This document shows positions 42,328-50,978 of a stretch of DNA of 64,000 nucleotides, one piece after another. Positions within the stretch are counted from its first letter, which is position 1, and each line of letters starts with the position of its first letter. The notes below the pieces were generated by a model that saw only the letters and a program-made list of their open reading frames with translations, did no database searches and was not told where the DNA came from. This stretch comes from Tubiluchus corallicola (lineage: Eukaryota; Animalia; Priapulida). A program made the translations under genes and the position numbers. The stretch is from NCBI GenBank assembly GCA_030141605.1, contig JAQGDQ010000347.1, positions 64,759 to 128,758 of the forward strand, in the 5' to 3' direction.

Positions 42328-43665
42328 AGCACTATCTCATAAACTGTGTAAATAGAAAATGCCGAGGGTTGCAACCCTCGGCATTTTTTTGTTTAATTTT
42401 AAAACTTTAGACAGTAATGAAAAAAGAAGATTTATTAAATGATGATTTCCTTGAACAATTTAATTCAGGGGAAGAGCTCAATGGTTTTTTACAAGAGCTC
42501 CAAAAACGAGGCATTGAAAAGATGCTTGAAGGAGAACTCGATGGTCATTTAGGCTATGATAAGAATCAAAAATCGGATAATCAGAATGCCCGCAATGGCT
42601 ATTCAGAGAAGAGAGTCCGAACCACTCTGGGAGAATCCAACATTCAGGTTCCCCGAGACCGTGATTCTTCGTTTAATCCGATGATTGTACCCAAGGGAGG
42701 GAACATGGTCGATGGCTTAGAGAATATCATTGTTTCGTTTTATGCTAAAGGAATGAGTAATAGCGATATTGAAGAGCAAATTCGGGAGCTATACGGTTTT
42801 GAAGTTTCCACATCCACCATATCAAGGATTACCGATTCAGTCACCAACGACATTGTAGCGTGGCAGAACCGACCTCTGGAAACTGTATACCTAATTGTTT
42901 GGATGGATGGCATTGTATTTAAAGTGCGGGAGAACTCTAAGGTCGTCAACAAAACCGTTTACATTGCCGTAGGACTTCGCAGAGATGGGAAAAAAGAGGT
43001 TCTTGGCTTATGGTTGGGCAAGAGTGAGTCCGCTGCCTTTTGGATGAACGTACTTACCGATATGAAAGCCCGTGGAGTTAACGATATTCTGATTACGGCA
43101 ACAGATAACTTGAATGGCTTTACAGATACTATCCGAACTGTTTTCCCTGAATCTAAAACACAAATATGTGTTGTTCATCAAATCCGTAACGCAAGCAGAT
43201 ACGTGGTTTGGAAAGATAAAAAGGCATTTACAAAAGATATGAAGCAAATCTATAATGCCCCTACAAAAGAGGCTGCAAAAGCAGCTTTAGAAGATTTTGC
43301 AGCAGCTTGGGAGGATAAATACTCTTACGCAATTAAAAGCTGGCGAGACAACTGGGAAGACCTAACAGTATTCTTTGAGTTTCCGCTGGAAATCAGAAAG
43401 ATAATTTATACAACCAACCTGATTGAGAATCTCAACGGAAAAATCAGAAAATACACAAAAAACAAACTTTCATTCCCGTCAGACCAGGCTGTAATGAAAT
43501 CTGTATTTTTGGCAACCAGAGAAGCAACTAAAAAATGGTCAATGCCAATCAGAAACTGGGGCATTGTCTTGAATCAGTTCTTAGTTATATTTGAAAAAAG
43601 GGTCCAGCTATAAACAGCCAAACCCTCGGTGTTTTTTTAGTTTACACACTTTGTGAAACAGTGTC
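42328..43665 (+). mobile_element. IS256-family insertion sequence (1338 bp)
   Basis: Imperfect 25-bp IRs; 8-bp target duplication TAGCAAAT at 42320-42327 and 43666-43673. Confidence 0.95.
42417..43613 (+). CDS. IS256 DDE transposase, intact
   Basis: [46 protein letters not shown]. Confidence 0.97.
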   Translation: MKKEDLLNDDFLEQFNSGEELNGFLQELQKRGIEKMLEGELDGHLGYDKNQKSDNQNARNGYSEKRVRTTLGESNIQVPRDRDSSFNPMIVPKGGNMVDGLENIIVSFYAKGMSNSDIEEQIRELYGFEVSTSTISRITDSVTNDIVAWQNRPLETVYLIVWMDGIVFKVRENSKVVNKTVYIAVGLRRDGKKEVLGLWLGKSESAAFWMNVLTDMKARGVNDILITATDNLNGFTDTIRTVFPESKTQICVVHQIRNASRYVVWKDKKAFTKDMKQIYNAPTKEAAKAALEDFAAAWEDKYSYAIKSWRDNWEDLTVFFEFPLEIRKIIYTTNLIENLNGKIRKYTKNKLSFPSDQAVMKSVFLATREATKKWSMPIRNWGIVLNQFLVIFEKRVQL

Positions 43666-43684
43666 TAGCAAATCAAAATACTAC

Positions 43685-44416
43685 TTACTTACTGAATGTA
43701 TCTTTAAAATATCTGTCGTACACCTCCATATTGCGCTCCAGCAACTCTACAGTGTACTGATAAGACCTACAGCTATCTTTCTCTTTAATTGCATTATAAA
43801 TTTCACGCTGAAGCCTCAATGTGTACTCTTTTTCACCCTCGATATTAGCATAAATCATATTGCGCATACGCGGTAAAAGAGAATAAATGGGCTCCATAGA
43901 AATAACAACAATTGGGTTGCCAGTCGACTTTGCCATATTTGCATGAAAGCGGTTAATTAAATCAACCTCTAACTGTGTATTATCAGGATCACACTTCTCT
44001 AACTCAGAAAGATTCTCCTGCAGGTGTCTCAAATCATCTTCACTGCGGTTATATGCTGCTAAACGCCCGATCTCCGGCTCAAATATTCGCCTCACCTCAA
44101 TAATATGGCGAATAAGGCTTGAATCAAATTTCAAATCATAATAAAGATTGAGGGACTCAATAGCATCTTCAATTCTTATTTCAGAAATATACATCCCACT
44201 ACCCTTTTTTATGTTAATTAAGCCTCGTGCACTTAATCGGCGCAGCGCTTCTCGCAGAGCAGTCCGGCTAACAGCAAAGCTCTCGCATAGCTCTTTTTCC
44301 GAAGGCAACTTAGTTCCGGGAATTAACCGCTTTGTACGAATCGCCTCTTCAACCTTACGCTCAATTTTTTGACTTAAAGTTTGACTTGATCCTATTTTCC
44401 CAAAAATATCATCCAT
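43685..44416 (-). CDS. GntR-family FadR/LldR-type regulator
   Basis: LPSEKELCESFAVSRTALREAL; FCD domain EVRRIFE...FHANMA. Confidence 0.9.
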   Translation of the reverse strand: MDDIFGKIGSSQTLSQKIERKVEEAIRTKRLIPGTKLPSEKELCESFAVSRTALREALRRLSARGLINIKKGSGMYISEIRIEDAIESLNLYYDLKFDSSLIRHIIEVRRIFEPEIGRLAAYNRSEDDLRHLQENLSELEKCDPDNTQLEVDLINRFHANMAKSTGNPIVVISMEPIYSLLPRMRNMIYANIEGEKEYTLRLQREIYNAIKEKDSCRSYQYTVELLERNMEVYDRYFKDTFSK

Positions 44417-44501
44417 CAGTAGCAGTTTCTTAACACATCATACAAATGTACCACTTTTTCTCACTCTTTCGCCTCCAATAAGGGGAGGCAGCTTATCACA
44501 T

Positions 44502-44548
44502 GAAACCTTTGCAAAACGAAGTATTTTAATTTAAACTGAGGAAAAACC
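44502..44548 (+). repeat. MITE-like repeat family A, left end only
   Basis: GAAACCTTTGCAAAACGAAG...CTGAGGAAAAACC. Confidence 0.55.
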
Positions 44549-44720
44549 GGCTACAAGATTTAATAGAGATGGTGATTAAAAGCATGATGCAAACTGAACA
44601 CCGCGATTTTCTTGATTCCCACCCTAGAATAAGAGCAATGACTTTTGGCAGGGAAGAATTACTGTGGAGACAGGGTTTTAAAATTTCGTATTCCCCGGGG
44701 TCACTATGACAATTTCCATA
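44549..44720 (+). pseudogene. Degraded N-terminal fragment of a second IS256-type transposase
   Basis: Reads GLQDLIEMVIKSMMQTEHRDFL...NKSN...FRIPRGHYDNFH across frameshifts. Confidence 0.6.
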
Positions 44721-44828
44721 TTAGATAAGTGCTTTTTGCCCAGCTCCATCATATATCAAAATCTTGATATAAATTACTAGTTCGAAAAATAGAGTTCTTA
44801 AAAGTCGATACAGGCTAAAACTCTTTAA

Positions 44829-47423
44829 TCAACCTGCACTCTTAAACCCTAAGCGACCATTATCCACATCAACAACTATCGGCTTATCTGTAGTAATACT
44901 CCCGGCCAGAATATGCTTAGAAAGATCATTTAATAAATACCTCTGCAAAGTGCGTTTAACAGGTCTTGCTCCAAATTGTGGATCAAAGCCTGACTTAGCT
45001 ATCCAGTCAATAGCTTTATCCGACAACTGCATTTCAACCCCGCTCCTGCCAACCCTTTTAGCAATAAGCTCAACCTGTAGCTTCACTACCTCCCTTATCT
45101 CTTTAAGAGTAAGTGGTGTAAAAACTATCACCTCATCTATCCTATTAAGAAACTCCGGCCTTATGCTTTTTTTCAATAACACCATAAGCTGAGAGCGTGT
45201 CTCCTCAGCAACTCCTTCATACTCCGACGCCGAAGAACTCTCAAGCTTTTCCTGTATTAGACGAGAGCCTATATTCGATGTCATTATTATAATAGTGTTC
45301 TTAAAATTTACAACCCGTCCCTTATTATCTGTAAGGCGCCCGTCATCCAGAACCTGTAACAACGTATTGAACACATCAGGATGCGCCTTCTCTATTTCAT
45401 CAAACAGTACAACCGAATACGGCTTCCTTCGTACAGCTTCGGTCAACTGCCCTCCTTCATCATATCCAACATATCCCGGAGGAGAACCTATCAAGCGAGT
45501 TACTGAAAACTTCTCCTGATACTCCGACATATCTATGCGGGTCATCATATTCTCATCATCAAACAGATACTCAGCAAGCGCTTTTGCCAGCTCTGTCTTT
45601 CCCACTCCGGTGGTTCCCAAAAAAATAAACGAACCTATCGGGCGCTTATCATCCTGCAGCCCTGTCCTCGACCTGCGTATAGCATCAGCAACGGCAACAA
45701 TGGCTTCATCCTGCCCAATAACTCTCTTGTGCAGCTCACTCTCAAGAGACAATAGCTTATCCCGCTCCGACTGTATCATCTTTGCTACAGGTATCCCTGT
45801 CCATCGGGCTACTGTTCCGGCAATATCTTCGGCATCAACCTCCTCCTTTATAAGTGATGACCCTGCCTGCATCTTTTTCAGCTCGCCACTTAAACGCTCA
45901 ATCTCCATCTCAGCCTCTTTTATTTTTCCGTATCTTATCTCTGCAACTGTACCAAAATCACCCCGCCTCTCTGCCTGCTCCGCCTCCAATTTTAGCCCCT
46001 CTATCTCCTCTTTGTGGCGCTGTATCCCCTCTATTAAACCCTTTTCAGCATGCCACAAAGCCCTGTATCTCGACTGCTCCTCTGTAAGATTAGCAATATC
46101 CCTTTCCAGCGTATCCAGCTTAACAGCATCACCTTCCCTTTTTATAGCAGCTCTTTCAATCTCCAGTTGCTTCAGCCGTCTCTCTATCTCATCAAGCTCT
46201 GCAGGCAGAGAATCCATCTCCATCCGCAACTTTGCAGCAGCCTCGTCCATAAGGTCTATCGCTTTATCAGGAAGAAAACGGTCTGCAATATAGCGATGGG
46301 AAAGCTCTACTGCCGCAATTATAGCATCATCCTTTATAAGCACCTTATGGTGACTTTCGTAACGCTCTTTCAACCCTCTCAATATCGATATTGCGCTCAC
46401 CAAATCCGGCTCATTAACAGTAACAACCTGAAACCTGCGCTCCAGTGCCTTATCCTTTTCAAAATATTTTTGATACTCATCTAGTGTTGTTGCTCCAACA
46501 GCCCGCAAACTACCACGTGCCAAAGCGGGCTTAAGGATATTTGCCGCATCCATAGCCCCCTCACTCTTCCCTGCCCCTACCAAAGTATGTATCTCATCTA
46601 TAAAAAGAATAACCTCCCCTTCTGCAACAACAACCTCATTGACAACCGATTTTAGTCGCTCTTCAAACTCTCCCTTATACTTAGCTCCAGCCAACAAAGC
46701 CCCCATATCAAGAGAAAAGATCTGCTTCGTTTTTAGATTATCCGGCACATCACCCCTTACAATACGATGCGCTAGACCTTCAGCAATAGCCGTTTTACCT
46801 GTTCCAGGCTCTCCTATAAGTATGGGATTGTTTTTTGTGCGTCTCGACAGAATCTGAAGCACCCGCCGTATCTCTTCATCTCGCCCGATAACAGGATCAA
46901 GCTTCCCCTCCACCACTCTATCATTTAGGTTAGACGCAAACCTGTTAAGCGAGTTAAATGTATCCTCAGCTGTCTGGCTGTCAGCCTTAGAACCCTTGCG
47001 TAACTCTTTTATCGCAGCAAAAAGCTCATCTTTGGTTATCCCGCTCTCTTTCATCATACGGCTAACCTGATCGCTGGCATCAAGCACCCCAAGCAATAGG
47101 TGCTCAACTGAAACAAATTGATCACCCATACTACTGGAGTGAGCTGTTGCCTTCTCTATGGCCGTATTTGAAGCATTCGATAGATATGGCTCTCCACCAC
47201 TAACTTTGGGAAGGCTCTCAATAATTTTATCAAGAGCCTGATTGAGCATATTGAGATTGACACCCAGCTTTTTCAATAAAAAATCTGTAACACTCTCTGC
47301 CTTTACCAAAAGCCCTTTAAGCAAATGCCCGGTATCAACCACCTGCTGCTGATTCCTCTGAGCAATTTGTATGGCATATTGAACTGCCTCTTGCGACTTA
47401 ATTGTAAAATTGTTAAAATTCAT
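44829..47423 (-). CDS. clpB: ATP-dependent disaggregase ClpB
   Basis: Two AAA+ modules ([16 protein letters not shown]), long coiled-coil M domain, PPGYVGY. Confidence 0.98.
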   Translation of the reverse strand: MNFNNFTIKSQEAVQYAIQIAQRNQQQVVDTGHLLKGLLVKAESVTDFLLKKLGVNLNMLNQALDKIIESLPKVSGGEPYLSNASNTAIEKATAHSSSMGDQFVSVEHLLLGVLDASDQVSRMMKESGITKDELFAAIKELRKGSKADSQTAEDTFNSLNRFASNLNDRVVEGKLDPVIGRDEEIRRVLQILSRRTKNNPILIGEPGTGKTAIAEGLAHRIVRGDVPDNLKTKQIFSLDMGALLAGAKYKGEFEERLKSVVNEVVVAEGEVILFIDEIHTLVGAGKSEGAMDAANILKPALARGSLRAVGATTLDEYQKYFEKDKALERRFQVVTVNEPDLVSAISILRGLKERYESHHKVLIKDDAIIAAVELSHRYIADRFLPDKAIDLMDEAAAKLRMEMDSLPAELDEIERRLKQLEIERAAIKREGDAVKLDTLERDIANLTEEQSRYRALWHAEKGLIEGIQRHKEEIEGLKLEAEQAERRGDFGTVAEIRYGKIKEAEMEIERLSGELKKMQAGSSLIKEEVDAEDIAGTVARWTGIPVAKMIQSERDKLLSLESELHKRVIGQDEAIVAVADAIRRSRTGLQDDKRPIGSFIFLGTTGVGKTELAKALAEYLFDDENMMTRIDMSEYQEKFSVTRLIGSPPGYVGYDEGGQLTEAVRRKPYSVVLFDEIEKAHPDVFNTLLQVLDDGRLTDNKGRVVNFKNTIIIMTSNIGSRLIQEKLESSSASEYEGVAEETRSQLMVLLKKSIRPEFLNRIDEVIVFTPLTLKEIREVVKLQVELIAKRVGRSGVEMQLSDKAIDWIAKSGFDPQFGARPVKRTLQRYLLNDLSKHILAGSITTDKPIVVDVDNGRLGFKSAG

Positions 47424-47479
47424 AATGAGCCTGCTGTTTTAACATTAACATCAAACAATACAGTCGACCTCAAATAGCC

Positions 47480-47578
47480 TGCCACAGAATATATGTCAGG
47501 TAAAAGGATTACTCTATATGTCAAAATGACATATAGAGCATCGATCAGTATGCCGTTTTGACATGCTGACTAATGTCA
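47480..47578. promoter_or_regulatory. Cluster of TG(A/C/T)CA motifs upstream of clpB, including a 12-bp-arm palindrome
   Basis: CTCTATATGTCA-AAA-TGACATATAGAG (47512-47538), TGCCGTTTTGACA, TGACTAATGTCA. Confidence 0.55.
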
Positions 47579-47725
47579 AACATTTACTATATCAATAGGC
47601 TCACTACTGCACAAAGAAACATTGCCCAACCAGGCACTTCTCTTGCAAAATGAGTGCTTTTGAAAGGCTCATCTTTTAACTAGCCATTCGCCTTTTGCAA
47701 AAGGTTCGAAATAGTTTTTGGAAAA

Positions 47726-48229
47726 TCAGGTAAAAATAATCTGGGTGCTCTCTCCCCCACACATACCGTAAAAATCTCCAACTGTAAGCACTCCACTCAC
47801 CTCATCATGCAGATCTTCCTCTGACAACTTAAACATATCCATAGCCAGTTTGCAGGCATAGAACTCCCCTCCACCGGCAGTAATCATCTCAAGGAACTCC
47901 TCTACTGTTGGAATATCCAATTTCTCCATCTGTCTCTTCATCATAGCCGATACACCCGCCTCAACACCAGGCAACGCACCTAAAAGAGTCGGAAATGGCA
48001 ATCCGCCCGGCATTCTCATTGCTGGATTACCAACAGTCCCGGTATGCAGCTTATTCATCTGCTTTTTGGTAATTGCATCCAAACCAAAAAATGTGAAAAA
48101 CACCTTGGCCTCTATCCCCTCCATCACCGCACCATTTGCCAGTACCAGGGTGGCATACACGTCTTCAATTGCACCTTTGGCGCAAATCACACAAACCTTT
48201 TTCAATGGCTTATCTTCTGCTTTACTCAT
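47726..48229 (-). CDS. DsrE/DsrF-like (DsrE2) sulfurtransferase
   Basis: VFFTFFGL, FYACKLAMDMF. Confidence 0.85.
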   Translation of the reverse strand: MSKAEDKPLKKVCVICAKGAIEDVYATLVLANGAVMEGIEAKVFFTFFGLDAITKKQMNKLHTGTVGNPAMRMPGGLPFPTLLGALPGVEAGVSAMMKRQMEKLDIPTVEEFLEMITAGGGEFYACKLAMDMFKLSEEDLHDEVSGVLTVGDFYGMCGGESTQIIFT

Positions 48230-48286
48230 CTTTATATATCTATTTATTTATAACATACGGGGGCATATCCGCTCCCCATTCTCCCC

Positions 48287-48598
48287 TTATACACAACTTG
48301 TGGGCTTGGGTATTCCTGCAATCTTAGATGAATTTTTTAACGGTGCACCAGGAAACAGCTTATAAAACCCCTTGATATCAACTATACCTGACTTCCCTAT
48401 TTTGCGAATGGTAAGCTGCTCTCCAGCCAAAAATTTCTCACGCAAAAAATCAATCACCTCATAATGCTTATTGGTAAGCTCAATACCTAAATCCTTTGCA
48501 ATTTCAGCAGCAACTTCTTTACTCCACTGCTCACAATCAATCAGATAGCCCTCATCGTTTACCTGTACCGTCTTACCGGCAATTAGCTTATCACTCAT
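48287..48598 (-). CDS. tusE: TusE/DsrC-family sulfur relay protein
   Basis: DEGYL...WSKEVA, LFPGAP, C-terminal IAGIPKPTSCV with a single Cys. Confidence 0.85.
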   Translation of the reverse strand: MSDKLIAGKTVQVNDEGYLIDCEQWSKEVAAEIAKDLGIELTNKHYEVIDFLREKFLAGEQLTIRKIGKSGIVDIKGFYKLFPGAPLKNSSKIAGIPKPTSCV

Positions 48599-48660
48599 AA
48601 TCTCAAAATTTTATGATTACACACTTACTTATAACTTCATCTACCAGACTGTCAAAAATA

Positions 48661-49329
48661 CTAAGCACTCGTTCCAGCTAGGCTTTTAATAAATGTTACC
48701 ATGAAGCCCAAAGCCTTCTTCATTTCAGGCTTTCCCAACTCCCGCATTAGTCTCAAAACTGAATACTCAGGTATATCTTTACCCTCTATGCTCTCACAAG
48801 CTTTCACCACACTACTCATCAGCCTGAGCATTTCCGGCTGGGTAATACTTTTAACTATTTGAAGCATCGGCACAATATTATCTGCCAGCAACTTTACATC
48901 TTCAATAGAAAAATGCTCAATAACATTATCCGCAATCTTTCCAGCCTCACCTAGGAACTCAAAATACCCTTTCTGTTCAAAAACATACAACCTCTTCGTA
49001 AAATCAATAATTAGATCATTCATAATCGGTTCGGCGTCTTTAGCAAAATCTGTAGCGCTTTCAAACAATGCTATAACCCCATTGATATTCTTTATGTTTT
49101 TCAACACCCTTACCCCCAGCCTTTTAACCTCGTCTGGATCAATCTCTACATTCTGATTATCCAGCTCCTCAACAGCTGAATCATACACATCTTTCCCAAT
49201 AATTGATAAATCAGCAGCCATATCCTCAATAGCTTCAGCTTTAATCCTTTGCTGATTGACAATATCCAGAATTAAATCCGTCTTACGGTTTAACTCATCC
49301 ATCTGTGCCTTTAGCTCTTTCGTGTCCAT
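48661..49329 (-). CDS. DUF1641-domain helical protein
   Basis: C-terminal LMRELGKPEMKKALGFMVTFIK; typical neighbour of Sqr. Confidence 0.75.
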   Translation of the reverse strand: MDTKELKAQMDELNRKTDLILDIVNQQRIKAEAIEDMAADLSIIGKDVYDSAVEELDNQNVEIDPDEVKRLGVRVLKNIKNINGVIALFESATDFAKDAEPIMNDLIIDFTKRLYVFEQKGYFEFLGEAGKIADNVIEHFSIEDVKLLADNIVPMLQIVKSITQPEMLRLMSSVVKACESIEGKDIPEYSVLRLMRELGKPEMKKALGFMVTFIKSLAGTSA

Positions 49330-49353
49330 TGCAATATTATAAGCTACTTAAAA

Positions 49354-50592
49354 TTAGAAGCTAACCTTCTTCTTACCCGCCATAGTCATATTAGCTTCAA
49401 TTGGCAACTCTTTGCCCTTAAGCAACATGTGCCAGTAAATCCAACGAAACATGATTTTACCATAATGATTTATCTTGGTATTCCTCAGCAACCCAAACGG
49501 ACCAATACCGGGCAACGGAAAAGTTCCAGGCAAAGGCTCAGTCTCATAATTAAAATCTATTAATGCCCCCTTTCCAAACCCGGTTTCAATATAGCAATTG
49601 GCATGCCCATCAAACTTTGCAACTAAAGGCCTTCCCTCAATAGCACTCATTATATTCTCAAACAATATTTCTGAAGCAAAATGAGCCACCGACCCCGCCT
49701 TTGATGTAGGAATATCAGATGCGTCTCCCAGCACAAAAATATTTTCATGCTTCTCCGACCGCAAAGTGTACTTATCTGTAGGCACAAAATTTAAATCATC
49801 ACCTATTCCACTACGCTCAATCATCTTATCTCCCATATTAACAGGGACAATAACTAACGCATCAAAAGGCACCTCTCTCTCATCGTACGACACCAGCACC
49901 TTCTTGTCATTATCCACTCTCTCAACATAAAACTCGCTAATCACCTCTATACCCTTCTCTTTAAGCAACCTACTTAACATCTTTGTTGCTATAGGCTTGG
50001 TGAAAGCACCCGGTAGCGGAGTAACAAGAGATATATCAACCTTATCCCTTATTCCTTTTTTGGTAAAAAAATCATCTGCAAGACAAACAAACTCTATAGG
50101 TGCAACAGGGCATTTATATGGAATTTCAGACACAGCCATAACCAGCTTCCCCCCTTCCCACGACTTAAAGTACTTTTGTAAAGCAAGCGCCCCTTCAATG
50201 GTATAAAAATCAAAAATATCCTTTTGCCAGAGCTTATCCTTCAGCCCCGGTGTCTCATCAGGGTAAACCTGGGTGCCAGTCGCAACAATCAGGTAATCAT
50301 AATGTAACCTCTTACCTCCTTTTAAAAACACTATATTTTGATCGGCTACAACTTTATCTATATCCGAAAATATAACCTTCACTCCCGAGGGGAAAAAATC
50401 GGCTTTAGCCTTTACCACATCTTGCTTATTATAAATACCGAAGGGAATAAACAAAAACCCAGGCTGATAATAGTGTGTCTTATGCTTGTCAACGATGGTT
50501 ACTTCCCACTCTTCACAACTGAGTGCCTTTCTTAGTTTATTGGCAATTATGGTGCCGGCTGTACCTCCACCAAGTATTAATAGCTTTTGCAT
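49354..50592 (-). CDS. sqr: Sulfide:quinone oxidoreductase-family flavoprotein (type III-like)
   Basis: ILGGGTAG, YYQPGFLF, YKCPVAP, SKAGSVAH, ANCYIETG. Confidence 0.82.
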   Translation of the reverse strand: MQKLLILGGGTAGTIIANKLRKALSCEEWEVTIVDKHKTHYYQPGFLFIPFGIYNKQDVVKAKADFFPSGVKVIFSDIDKVVADQNIVFLKGGKRLHYDYLIVATGTQVYPDETPGLKDKLWQKDIFDFYTIEGALALQKYFKSWEGGKLVMAVSEIPYKCPVAPIEFVCLADDFFTKKGIRDKVDISLVTPLPGAFTKPIATKMLSRLLKEKGIEVISEFYVERVDNDKKVLVSYDEREVPFDALVIVPVNMGDKMIERSGIGDDLNFVPTDKYTLRSEKHENIFVLGDASDIPTSKAGSVAHFASEILFENIMSAIEGRPLVAKFDGHANCYIETGFGKGALIDFNYETEPLPGTFPLPGIGPFGLLRNTKINHYGKIMFRWIYWHMLLKGKELPIEANMTMAGKKKVSF

Positions 50593-50978
50593 TTGATATT
50601 ATATTACATAGACTTTCTATGGAAAACTTACAGGTTATTAAAATACTCTATAACATTTAAAAATTTCAACAGTATATAAAAAGCAAGCTAAGGCAACATA
50701 ACACCCACTCGCTTCTCACTATACTTCAAAAACAGTGCAATACCCAAATAAAAAACTCACAACAATCTCTGTCCGAACTGCCTGAACCAATCAATCATAC
50801 AGAGATTGAATACTCTCCCCATCCCATTTGGCAAATATGACTTCCCGTCCCATTTTCCCTTAACCCAAACCAAAATCTCTCGCCTTACACAAAAACCACG
50901 ACTTACAACTCTAAAGAATCCCTGCACACCAAACCTTACACTTCTGCACGTAAGTCAACCATCAGCTTAAAAGCGTTT

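Noticed and set aside
45535-46293. 252-aa antisense ORF inside clpB (and similar ORFs opposite infB, nusA, the GLUG gene and mqnD)
   Set aside because: Shadow frames of conserved or repetitive genes, with no recognisable motifs.
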